A DNA stretch of 40,388 bases from Casimicrobiaceae bacterium (GTDB taxonomy: Bacteria > Pseudomonadota > Gammaproteobacteria > Burkholderiales > Casimicrobiaceae). Positions within the stretch are counted from its first letter, which is position 1. The number at the start of each line of letters is the position of its first letter. Where the stretch lies: contig JBDTLY010000001.1 of assembly GCA_039934535.1 (NCBI GenBank), forward strand, positions 1 to 40,388, read 5' to 3'. The translations under genes and the position numbers were made by a program. The notes under the pieces are model-generated. The model did not search any database. It was not told the origin of the DNA and saw nothing but the letters and a program-made list of their open reading frames with translations. This document shows, one piece after another, positions 19,433 to 27,934 of this stretch.

Positions 19433-19987
19433 ATGAAAACGACAATGGCCCCTTCCGCATTCCGCCGCTGCACTGCGGCACTCCTGTTTGCCGCGGCCTC
19501 CGCCGGCGCCGCGCTCGCCCAATCGCCGGCTGCCGCCACCGATCCTCTCGCGCCGCTCGCGTGGCTCGACGGGTGCTGGCGCGGCCTCGTCAACCAGCGC
19601 GAGTTTCGCGAGCACTGGATGCCGCTGCGCGGCGGCCTGCTGCTTGGCGTGAGCCAGACGGTGATGGGCGGGAAGTCGCAGGGCTACGAGTACCTGCGGA
19701 TCGAGTCGCGGCCGGACGGAATCTATTATGTCGCCACGCCGTCGGGGGCGAAGGAGGACGCGTTCCGGTTCGTCGGCAAGACGGTCGACACGGAGGGCGA
19801 CCGCAACGACGAGATCTTCACCTTCGAGAATCCGGCGCTCGAATTCCCGCGGCGGATCATTTATCGCCACGCCACCGGCGGCTGGCTCTATGCGCAGGTC
19901 GAAGGCAAGGTGAGCGGCACCGACCGGACGGTGATCTATCCCATGCGCCGGATCGATTGCGCGTCCGGCGCGATCATCGAGAAATGA
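19433..19987 (+). CDS. Exported hypothetical protein (DUF6265-like)
   Basis: 184-aa ORF. The signal peptide ends AAASAGAALA|QSP. The body contains LAWLDGCWRG...EHWMP...YEYLRIESRPDGIYYVATP...FENPALEFPRRIIYRH. The family name is from memory. Confidence 0.65.
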   Translation: MKTTMAPSAFRRCTAALLFAAASAGAALAQSPAAATDPLAPLAWLDGCWRGLVNQREFREHWMPLRGGLLLGVSQTVMGGKSQGYEYLRIESRPDGIYYVATPSGAKEDAFRFVGKTVDTEGDRNDEIFTFENPALEFPRRIIYRHATGGWLYAQVEGKVSGTDRTVIYPMRRIDCASGAIIEK

Positions 19988-20030
19988 ATCAGGCGCGCAA
20001 CTGCATCGTCGCCGGGAACATGGGCAAACG

Positions 20031-20366
20031 ATGACGGCCGCCAACTCGCCGCTGGCGAACTTCGAGAAGATGCTTGCGGCCGGCAAGGACGGCGCGCTGC
20101 TGCGCTACTCGCTCGGCAACGAATACCTGAAGGCGGAGGACCCGGCGCGTGCCGCGGAGCATCTCGCACGCGCCGTGGCGCAGGACCCGCGGTACACCGC
20201 CGCCTGGAAGCTCTACGGCAAAGCGCTGGCGGCGACGGGGCGCAATGCCGAGGCCCTGGCAGCGTACCGCAAGGGCATCGCGGTCGCGATCGCGCGGGGC
20301 GACAAGCAGGCCGAGAAGGAGATGACGGTGTTCGCGCGGCGGATCGAGCGCGCGCAAAGCCCCTGA
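20031..20366 (+). CDS. Small tetratricopeptide-repeat protein
   Basis: 111-aa ORF with TPR-like helices (LRYSLGNEYLKAEDPARAAEHLARAVAQDPRYTAAWKLYGKALAATGRNAEALAAYRKGIAVA). Confidence 0.7.
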   Translation: MTAANSPLANFEKMLAAGKDGALLRYSLGNEYLKAEDPARAAEHLARAVAQDPRYTAAWKLYGKALAATGRNAEALAAYRKGIAVAIARGDKQAEKEMTVFARRIERAQSP

Positions 20367-20412
20367 TGACCGGACGAGACCGGAATCGCGTTTGACGCCC
20401 AAGCCACGCCGA

Positions 20413-22197
20413 TCAGCGAGGCTTCGTTTCGATGTCGGTGTAGATCCACTCGCCAAGAAGCACCGGATGCGCCTTGTAGCCGATCACGCGCGGCTGCACG
20501 AGCACGTTCTTGTACGTTGCCACCCGAAGCCGCCACGGGGTGTCCGCTTCGAACTGGCGGGTCATCTGCTCGAAGAGCTTGTTGCGTTCCGCCGAGTCGG
20601 GCAGCAGCCGCGATTGCTCGTAGAGCGCATCGAACTTTCGTGACGAATAGCAGGCGACATTGCTTTGATTGATGTTCGGACCGTAGAGCAACTGCAGGAA
20701 GTTGTCGCCGTCGGGGTAGTCGGCGACCCAGCCGTAACTCCACATCTGATGCTGGCAGCCGATGCCAGCCTTTATCTGATCGCTGTACTTGCCTTTGTCG
20801 ATCGTCATGTGCACGCCGATCGAATCGAAAGCCTTTTTCCACAGCTCGTCGAAATCACGCGCCACGGCGTCTGTCTGACTCGAATATTTCACCACGAGCG
20901 GCTTGCCGTCCGGCAAGGTGCGATAGCCGTCCGCGCCCTTGCGGTAGCCCGTCTGGTCGAGCAGCTTGTTCGCCGTCGCCGGGTCAAATGCAATTCCGCT
21001 CCGGTAGGCAGGCAAGTATCCCGCCACGCCGGGAGGGATCGGCATCTGCAGCGCCGCCGCCTGGCCTTTGCGGATGACCGCGATCTCCGCGTGCACGTCG
21101 TAGGCCATGACGATGGCGCGGCGCAATGCGATCTTCTCGGGCGAAAACCCGCCGACCACGGGATCGCGCAAGTTGAACGCGGTGTAGGTGATGTTGGGCT
21201 CGAGGATGCGCGAGAGATTGATCCCCTTTTTGACGAGGTCGGGAGCAAGCTTGTCATCGGGAAGCGCAGCCGACGCGAAGACGCCTGGAAGCTCGATCAA
21301 GTCGAGCTCGCCGCGCTGAAATGCGAGCCAGCGCGACTGCGGCTCCTCCATTACGCTGATCTCGATGACGCCGATCTGCGGCATCTTCTTGCCGCGCATC
21401 GCGGCCACGAGGGCCCTGTCGCTCGGGTCGTCGCCTGGGGTGAAATTCCACACGAACGGGCGGAACGAGGGATTGGCTTCCAGCGTGATCCGGGATGCCC
21501 GCACCCAGCTCTTGAGCACGTACGGGCCGGTCCCTACGGGATGCGCGGCAATGTCGCCGGGATAGGCTTCGACGACCTCGCGCGCAACCGGGCTCAACGC
21601 CGGCAGCCCCATGATGCTCGGGAAGTTGTAGTCGGTGCTCGTAAGGCGTATCCGCAGCGTGTGGCGGTCGAGCACCTCCAGCCCCGCAATCCTGGCGTCG
21701 TAGTCGAATCTTGACGTGGACTTCGCGGCGGCGGCCGCCGCGTCGAGGCCGACGATCTTTCCCTCGATGTAGAACGCATTCGGGGAACGGTTCGCCGGAT
21801 CTAGCAGGCGCTTGATCGCGAAGACATAATCGTTCGCGGTTAGCTCGCGCTTCTTTCCCTTGAACGCCGGATCGTCGGTAAAGAAAATTCCCGGCTTGAT
21901 CCGAAACGTGTAGGTTCGGCCGTTGTCGCGGATCTCCGGCATCGCGGTGGCGGTAAGCGGGATGACCTTGACGGGCCGCGCAAGGTAGTCGAAGGTCAGC
22001 AGCGGCTCCATGATCGCGGCGATCACGGCGGACGAATAGATCTCGCTCGCCTGCGCCGGATCGAAGCCGGTTTCGCTTCGCGGCAACGGCACGTGCAGAA
22101 CCTTGGCCGGATCGGCGGCCGCAGCCGCGGAACTCACCACAAAAAGGCACAGTACAAGCGCGCGAGGCAAACGACAGGTAGTGCGACGTGTGTTCAT
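20413..22197 (-). CDS. ABC-transporter substrate-binding protein, family 5 (peptide/nickel/opine type); orphan
   Basis: Internal ATG of ORF 20413..22302, preceded by AAGAGGAGACGC. The signal peptide is MNTRRTTCRLPRALVLCLFVVSSAAAAA. The roughly 590-aa body looks like an SBP_bac_5 protein. No permease or ATPase genes lie nearby. Confidence 0.8.
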   Translation of the reverse strand: MNTRRTTCRLPRALVLCLFVVSSAAAAADPAKVLHVPLPRSETGFDPAQASEIYSSAVIAAIMEPLLTFDYLARPVKVIPLTATAMPEIRDNGRTYTFRIKPGIFFTDDPAFKGKKRELTANDYVFAIKRLLDPANRSPNAFYIEGKIVGLDAAAAAAKSTSRFDYDARIAGLEVLDRHTLRIRLTSTDYNFPSIMGLPALSPVAREVVEAYPGDIAAHPVGTGPYVLKSWVRASRITLEANPSFRPFVWNFTPGDDPSDRALVAAMRGKKMPQIGVIEISVMEEPQSRWLAFQRGELDLIELPGVFASAALPDDKLAPDLVKKGINLSRILEPNITYTAFNLRDPVVGGFSPEKIALRRAIVMAYDVHAEIAVIRKGQAAALQMPIPPGVAGYLPAYRSGIAFDPATANKLLDQTGYRKGADGYRTLPDGKPLVVKYSSQTDAVARDFDELWKKAFDSIGVHMTIDKGKYSDQIKAGIGCQHQMWSYGWVADYPDGDNFLQLLYGPNINQSNVACYSSRKFDALYEQSRLLPDSAERNKLFEQMTRQFEADTPWRLRVATYKNVLVQPRVIGYKAHPVLLGEWIYTDIETKPR

Positions 22198-22431
22198 GCG
22201 TCTCCTCTTGGGAACCGAAGCTCCCGCCCTTGTCCGTTTGCGGGCAATGGTCAGACTGTAGGGCAGATCTTCAACGTTCGCTACTGGATGCGAGCCTGGC
22301 AATCAGGCTTTTTCCTTCTGAACCGGCGGTTGACCCGCGCGACCGGACGCCCAATACTGCGATTCGCGCGGTGGCAGCAGCCTCACGCGGGAAGGCGGCG
22401 ACGTGAACAACCGACATTCGAAAGCCGGACG

Positions 22432-24291
22432 ATGCAGCGCAGGCTGACCGCGATACTTTCGGCGGATGTCGCGGAATTCAGCGGCCTGATGGAGGCGGAC
22501 GAGGCCGGCACGCTCCAACGGCTCAAGGAAAATCGAAGGCAGGTCTTCGATCCCTGTGTCGCCGCGCACGGCGGGCGCCTCGTCAAGCTCATGGGCGACG
22601 GCGCTCTCGTCGAGTTCGGAAGTGTCATCGCCGCCGTCGACTGCGCGCTCGAGATCCAGGAGGCGACAGCGCGCGGCGACTTGCATCACGCTGGCGCGAA
22701 ACCCCTTCGTTATCGCATCGGCATCAACCTCGGCGACGTCATCGTCGAAGGCGACGACATCTACGGCGAAGGCGTCAACGTCGCCGCGCGGTTGCAGACC
22801 ATGGCGCCCGTCGGTGGCATCGCCGTGTCCGCCACGGTCCGGGATCACGTGGCCGGCAAGGTCGTGTGCGCGTTCGAGGACCTGGGCGAGCATACGGTCA
22901 AGAACATCGTGCGTCCGGTGCACGTCTACGTGCTGTGCCCGGCCGGCGACGTGGCGGCCGCCGACCGCAATGCGGAGCGTGTGCGCGGCGCGTCCGTCTG
23001 CGTCCTCCCGTTCGCCAACATGAGCGGCGATCCGGAACAGGAATACTTCTCCGACGGCATCACCGAGGACATCATCACCGACTTGAGCAAGGTGTCCGCG
23101 CTGTGGGTCGCCGCGCGCAATACCGCGTTCACGTTCAAGGGCAAGCACGTCGATGTGGCGCAGGTCGCCCGGCAGTTGAAAGTCGGCCACGTTCTCGAGG
23201 GCAGCGTGCGCAAGGCGGGCGGGCGGGTGCGAATCACCGCCCAGCTGATCGACGGCGCGACGGGCGGCCACGTCTGGGCCGAGCGCTACGACCGCGACCT
23301 CAACGACATCTTCGCGCTGCAGGACGAAATCTCCGAAGCCATCGTCACCGCGCTGAAGCTCAAACTCCTTCCCGAAGAGAAAAAGGCGATCGAGCAGCGG
23401 GGAACCACCAATCCCGAAGCCTACAAGCTCTACCTGATGGCGCGGCAATACTGGATCACCGGCAATGTCGGCGACGCCCGCGGCAGCGAATCGATCGTTC
23501 GGTTGTGCCGCCGGGCGACGGAATTGGATCCTCAGTATGCGCGGGCCTGGGCGCTGATGGCGCACGCGCAGGGAAGCCTGCGGTTCCACCACGCGCGCGA
23601 GGGGGATGGCGGGCTCGCCGCTGCCGCGCGCGCGATCGCGCTCGACGACACTCTCGCCGAAGGCCATGCGGCGATGGGGCGCGTCCTGTTGGACGATTCG
23701 CGCCGCGACGACGCTCTGCGCGAAATCGAGACCGCGCTCCGACTGGATCCGGAATCCGATGCGGCAAACGGCGCCGCGGCGACCTGGTATTACACGGCGC
23801 GCCGTTTCGGCGATGCCATTCCCTATTATGAAAAAGCCGTTGCGGCGAGCGAAACCGAATATTCCTACGCCAGCATGCTCATCAGCTGCCACAAGGCGAT
23901 CGGCGATACGGAGGGTTCAATCCGGGCGGCGCGGCGGTCGCTCGAGCGCACCGAAAAGGTCGTCGCGCAGGATCCCCACAACGGCTCGGCGATGAGTCAC
24001 GCAGTTACGGCTCTGGCCACGCTGGGCGAGACGGAGCGCGCCAAGGAATGGGCCGAACGCGCGGTGCTGCTCGATCCGGACAACGTGAACATGCGATACA
24101 ACTTCGCGTGCATGTACATCCTCGACTTGCATGACGACGCTGCCGCGTTGGACATCCTCGAATCGGTGCTCGCGAACGTTCGCATCGAGGCGTTGCGCTG
24201 GATCAGGACCGACCCGGACCTCGACGCCATCCGCGACCATCCGCGCTTCATGGCGATGCTCGCGGCCGCGGAGGCGCGGCTCGCTACTTGA
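22432..24291 (+). CDS. Class III adenylate/guanylate cyclase domain protein with a TolB-N-like middle region and C-terminal TPR repeats
   Basis: Starts MQRRLTAILSADVAEFSGLMEADE. The cyclase core includes KLMGDGALVEFGS and GEGVNVAARLQ. It is followed by VCVLPFANMSGDPEQEYFSDGITEDIITDL and then TPR helices. I saw no TM segment. Confidence 0.85.
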   Translation: MQRRLTAILSADVAEFSGLMEADEAGTLQRLKENRRQVFDPCVAAHGGRLVKLMGDGALVEFGSVIAAVDCALEIQEATARGDLHHAGAKPLRYRIGINLGDVIVEGDDIYGEGVNVAARLQTMAPVGGIAVSATVRDHVAGKVVCAFEDLGEHTVKNIVRPVHVYVLCPAGDVAAADRNAERVRGASVCVLPFANMSGDPEQEYFSDGITEDIITDLSKVSALWVAARNTAFTFKGKHVDVAQVARQLKVGHVLEGSVRKAGGRVRITAQLIDGATGGHVWAERYDRDLNDIFALQDEISEAIVTALKLKLLPEEKKAIEQRGTTNPEAYKLYLMARQYWITGNVGDARGSESIVRLCRRATELDPQYARAWALMAHAQGSLRFHHAREGDGGLAAAARAIALDDTLAEGHAAMGRVLLDDSRRDDALREIETALRLDPESDAANGAAATWYYTARRFGDAIPYYEKAVAASETEYSYASMLISCHKAIGDTEGSIRAARRSLERTEKVVAQDPHNGSAMSHAVTALATLGETERAKEWAERAVLLDPDNVNMRYNFACMYILDLHDDAAALDILESVLANVRIEALRWIRTDPDLDAIRDHPRFMAMLAAAEARLAT

Positions 24292-25351
24292 GCGGATTTG
24301 GCGACGCCGCCCCGCTTATGTCGGGCACGCCGCGGCCGGACAGCGTGTTGTTGGCGGAGGTAAGCAGCACCGCCCCGCCGCTCTGGTCGAAGTCGGGTCC
24401 GGTGTTGCGCGCGATGGTCGAGCCCGCGACGATCACGGTCGCGTTCGTGTCCGAGGCGATGACCCCGTTGCCGATGTTTTCGACGGCGGCCGAATTCGAG
24501 ACCGTGAGAAAGGCCGTCCCGAGGTTGAACGTTCGCGTGCCGTAGCCGCCGCCGCTGTTCCGGGCGCTGGTCGAGCGGACGATGGCGACCCGCGTGGACG
24601 CCCCGGCAAGGTCGGGAATCCCGACCACGCCCGTCTTGCCGTTCCCCGTGAACGCGCTGTCCGCCAGCGTCACCGTCACTGCAACGGCAGTCGCCGGTTG
24701 GGCCCGCACGCCATTGCTGCCGTTCTGGTCCGCGGCGATGCGTTCCGCATCGATCGACCCCGCCGCAGCCCGAATTCCGTACACGCCGTTGCGCGCGAAC
24801 TGCGCATCGATCACGCGGACTTCCGGTGCGCCCGCGGCGATATTGAGGCCATGCTGCCCGTTGCCGCGAACCTGCGTAGAACGCAGGAAGACGCGCGCGC
24901 CGCCGTCGATCCGGATTCCGTCGGCAGTCATGTTCGAGACGACGCACTGCTCGATGTTCACTTCGGCGCCGGACGTCACCACGATCCCGTTGCTGCCGCC
25001 CTGCCCGTTGATCGTGAGGCCGCGCAGCGTCACGTTGCCCGTGAGTCCCGCGGCGACGGTGATGCCGGTGCCGGCGAACACGCTGATCCCGGCGTAGACG
25101 CCCGGCGGGGCGATGATCGATACCGATTGCGCAATTGACACACTGCCGTAGCCGCCGGAATCGAGCACGACGATCTCGCCGCTGGGGCTGGTGGCCGCCA
25201 TCGCCGCGGTGAAGTCGCGGCACGGCGTGTTGATGAAGCAGTTCGGATTGTTGGCGCCGAGGGTCGACACGAAGGTGCGCTGGGACGCGGCGTGCGCGAG
25301 CGGCGCGGCGACGATGCCGATAGCGAGGATGGCGAGGTGGGCTTTTTGCAT
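24284..25351 (-). CDS. Secreted right-handed parallel beta-helix repeat protein
   Basis: 355-aa ORF with signal peptide MQKAHLAILAIGIVAAPLAHA|AS. Repeats of about 22-25 aa rich in G, N and V follow (NGIVVTSGAEVNIEQCVVSN, DGIRIDGGARVFLRSTQVRGN, HGLNIAAGAPEVRVIDAQFARN). Confidence 0.75.
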   Translation of the reverse strand: MQKAHLAILAIGIVAAPLAHAASQRTFVSTLGANNPNCFINTPCRDFTAAMAATSPSGEIVVLDSGGYGSVSIAQSVSIIAPPGVYAGISVFAGTGITVAAGLTGNVTLRGLTINGQGGSNGIVVTSGAEVNIEQCVVSNMTADGIRIDGGARVFLRSTQVRGNGQHGLNIAAGAPEVRVIDAQFARNGVYGIRAAAGSIDAERIAADQNGSNGVRAQPATAVAVTVTLADSAFTGNGKTGVVGIPDLAGASTRVAIVRSTSARNSGGGYGTRTFNLGTAFLTVSNSAAVENIGNGVIASDTNATVIVAGSTIARNTGPDFDQSGGAVLLTSANNTLSGRGVPDISGAASPNPLK

Positions 25352-25477
25352 GGCGAACTCCGTCGGGTTGCAATGCCGGCGGCGAAGCCGCGGGCGAGGT
25401 GGCGAGTGTTGGGCACGCTCCCGGTCACGTCAAGTTCGGCGCATGCGAAAATCCCGATTCGATCCTGCAAGGACACG

Positions 25478-26863
25478 ATGATGAGGGATCTCACGCACGG
25501 CCCGATTTTCCGGCATCTGATCGGCATGGCGGCGCCGATCGCGGCCGGCATGCTCCTGCAGACGCTGTATTACGTCGTGGATCTCTACTTCGTCGCGCAA
25601 CTGGGCGACGCGGCGCTCGCCGGCGTCGGCGCGGCCGGCACCGCGATGTTCGTCGTGTTCGCGCTCACGCAGATGCTCGGCGTCGGCACGGTGGCGCTGA
25701 TGTCGCATGCCGTCGGGCGGAAGGACCGGGCCGACGCCAACCACGTCTTCAACCAGTCGGTTGCGCTTTCCGCGCTCTGCGCCGCCATCACGCTCGCCGG
25801 CGGTTACGGCTTGTCGGGACCGTACATGCGCTGGGTCGGCGCCGATGCCGCGACCGTGGCGGCGGGCGTCACCTACCTGATCTGGTTCACGCCCGGACTC
25901 GCGTTGCAGTTCGCGCTGGTCGCCATGGGATCGGCGCTGCGCGGCACTGGCATCGTCCAGCCGACGATGATCGTCCAGGCGCTCACCATCGTGCTGAACA
26001 TCGCGCTCGCGCCCGTGCTGATCGCCGGCTGGGGCACCGGGCATCCGCTGGGTGTGGCCGGCGCGGCGCTGGCAAGCACGATCTCGATCGCCGCCGGCGT
26101 GGCGCTGATGGCGGTCTACTTCCTGCGCCTCGAGAAGTACGTCGAATTCGATCTCGCGCATTGGCGCCCGCGGCTTGCCACGTGGCGCCGGATACTCGAT
26201 ATCGGGCTGCCCGCCGGCGGGGAATTCGCCGTCATGGCGATATTCACGGGGGTCGTCTACTGGATCATCCGCGACTTCGGCGCCGCGGCGCAGGCGGCAT
26301 TCGGCATCGGCTCGCGCGTCATGCAGTCGATCTTCCTGCCGGCCATGGCGGTCGCTTTCGCCGCCGCGCCGATCGCCGGACAGAATTTCGGCGCGCGCAG
26401 TCCCGAGCGCGTCCGCGAGACGTTTCGCGCGGCTGTGTACGCGAGCTGCGGGATCATGGCGGCGCTGACCCTCGTCTGCCAGTGGCAGGCACCGTGGCTG
26501 ATCCGCGCTTTCACGGACGATCCCGCCGTGATCGGGATCGGCGTGCAGTACCTGCAGATCATTTCCTGGAACTTCGTGGCCAGCGGACTCGTGTTCACGT
26601 GCTCGAGCCTGTTCCAGGCGCTCGGCAACACCTGGCCGTCGTTGCTCAGCAGCGCGTTGCGCCTGCTCATCTTTGCGCTGCCCGCCATCTGGCTATCCAC
26701 ACGGCCGGGCTTCGAGCTCGTCCAGGTCTGGCATCTCTCGGTGGCGACGGTGGCGCTGCAGGCGCTCGTCAGCCTGCTGTTGCTGCGGGCGCAATTCCGG
26801 GCCCGGCTCGGCCCCCTGGGTCGACTTGCGCACGCGACAACGGGGGATGACGCTCCCGGATAA
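25478..26863 (+). CDS. MATE family efflux transporter
   Basis: Starts MMRDLTHGPIFRHLIGMAAPIAAGMLLQTLYYVVDLYFVAQLGDAALAGVG, a typical MATE N-terminus. The product is about 12 hydrophobic segments long and is in frame with track ORF 25292..26863. Confidence 0.88.
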   Translation: MMRDLTHGPIFRHLIGMAAPIAAGMLLQTLYYVVDLYFVAQLGDAALAGVGAAGTAMFVVFALTQMLGVGTVALMSHAVGRKDRADANHVFNQSVALSALCAAITLAGGYGLSGPYMRWVGADAATVAAGVTYLIWFTPGLALQFALVAMGSALRGTGIVQPTMIVQALTIVLNIALAPVLIAGWGTGHPLGVAGAALASTISIAAGVALMAVYFLRLEKYVEFDLAHWRPRLATWRRILDIGLPAGGEFAVMAIFTGVVYWIIRDFGAAAQAAFGIGSRVMQSIFLPAMAVAFAAAPIAGQNFGARSPERVRETFRAAVYASCGIMAALTLVCQWQAPWLIRAFTDDPAVIGIGVQYLQIISWNFVASGLVFTCSSLFQALGNTWPSLLSSALRLLIFALPAIWLSTRPGFELVQVWHLSVATVALQALVSLLLLRAQFRARLGPLGRLAHATTGDDAPG

Positions 26864-26972
26864 TCGGGGGCAGACTCCGGCTTTTCAAAACGGCAGCCAT
26901 GCCGGCATCGGGACTCCTCGCAGAAGGAGAAAACACTACATAGTCACTATCAACCGCTGGAGGAACCGCACC

Positions 26973-27050
26973 ATGTCCCCGAAAAATATCGTCATTGCCG
27001 CCGCGCTCGGCGCTGCTTGGCTTGCGCTCGCTCCGGTCGGCGCGCAATAG
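26973..27050 (+). other. Orphan signal-peptide mini-ORF (25 codons) ending at TAG, in frame with the downstream GlcG-like domain
   Basis: GGAGG lies 10 nt upstream of ATG 26973. The product is MSPKNIVIAAALGAAWLALAPVGAQ, then TAG at 27048..27050. The distance from 26973 to 27078 is 105 nt, so the frame is the same. Confidence 0.6.
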
Positions 27051-27077
27051 ACGCCCCCGCCCAATCCGCTCGACGGC

Positions 27078-27503
27078 GTGCCCGACAAGATGCCCTTCGA
27101 CGTTCCCTACCGCGCGCCGATTTCGCTCGATCGCGCCGAGGCCGCCATTGCGGCGACGGTGGCTGAGGCCAAAAAGCGCGACTGGAAGATGAACGTCGCG
27201 GTCGTGGACGGCGGCGGCAACCTGGTCGCGTTCCAGCGCATGGACGGTGCGCAGATCGCGTCGATTGCAATCTCGCAGCACAAGGCGCGCACGGCGGCGA
27301 CGTTCCGCCGCGAAACCAAGGCGTTCGAGAACGGCATACAGGGAGGCAACAACTACCTGCTCACGCTCGACGGCGTCATCGGCTCGCGCGGCGGCATCCC
27401 GCTCGTCGAGAACGGGAAGATCATCGGCGCGATCGGGTGTTCCGGCGGCACGGGCTCGCAGGACGAAGTGGCCTGCAAGGCCGGCGCGGCGCCTATCAAG
27501 TAG
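27078..27503 (+). CDS. GlcG/HbpS family heme-binding protein (DUF336); possibly the 3' part of a disrupted exported gene
   Basis: 141-aa ORF (GTG 27078; first ATG 27090). It contains WKMNVAVVDGGGNLVAFQRMDGAQIASIAISQHKARTAA and GGIPLVENGKIIGAIGCSGGTGSQDE. No SD precedes either start. Confidence 0.75.
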   Translation: MPDKMPFDVPYRAPISLDRAEAAIAATVAEAKKRDWKMNVAVVDGGGNLVAFQRMDGAQIASIAISQHKARTAATFRRETKAFENGIQGGNNYLLTLDGVIGSRGGIPLVENGKIIGAIGCSGGTGSQDEVACKAGAAPIK

Positions 27504-27593
27504 CGTGGCTTCAGGCTGTTGCGGGTCCCTGCGGTGCGCCGCGGGGCCTGGCTGCCAACGGTGCGAGGCTCGTTGGCGGCACCGCCTGACGCG

Positions 27594-27758
27594 TCAACGC
27601 GTTACGGCGTGCAGCGGCGAAATGCCGGCGTCGTCAAGCGTGTCCCGCATCCTGGCGGCCACTTCATCACGCCTTGCGGCCATCGCCAGCAGCGCATGCA
27701 GCAGAATGCCAGCGTAACCGCCGACAAGGAACACACCAACCATCCACCAAATCGACAT
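27594..27758 (-). CDS. Hypothetical small membrane protein (54 aa)
   Basis: Translated by hand as MSIWWMVGVFLVGGYAGILLHALLAMAARRDEVAARMRDTLDDAGISPLHAVTR. It has one clear TM helix and a GAGGG about 7 nt upstream. Below the ORF-track cut-off. Confidence 0.35.
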   Translation of the reverse strand: MSIWWMVGVFLVGGYAGILLHALLAMAARRDEVAARMRDTLDDAGISPLHAVTR

Positions 27759-27934
27759 GGCTACCCTCGGCTCAATGAGTCAGCTCGGCCTCATTTCGGC
27801 ATAGGTGCATGGCACTGTCAGTACGCTACCGAACATTATTTCTGTCGGGCGCCGTCCGACATGTGCGTTCCTCGGCCAGCCGCCCCCTTGGACCGGATGG
27901 CCGGACGGGTGGGGCAGGAAGCGCGGAATCGGGA

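Noticed and set aside
27048-27050. Reading the in-frame TAG of the GlcG-like gene as pyrrolysine or another programmed recoding event
   Set aside because: Nothing in the window (no pyl genes, no obvious downstream recoding structure) or in the apparent betaproteobacterial lineage supports it. A nonsense mutation or a sequence error is the simpler explanation. It is kept as a finding to verify, not as a recoding claim.
20413-27800. The accessory-looking stretch as a mobile element or genomic island
   Set aside because: There is no integrase, transposase, tRNA target, flanking direct repeat or inverted repeat. GC content and codon style look the same as the rest of the window by eye.
27759-27934. 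A 176-nt gap downstream of rnhA containing track ORF 27805..28017 (+, 70 aa) and a TGGCAC motif that looked like a sigma54 -24 element
   Set aside because: The ORF overlaps the rnhA 3' end, has no SD and translates to G/R/P/W-rich sequence. The -12 GC element is not at the correct spacing (TGGCAC-N8-AC instead of GG-N10-GC).
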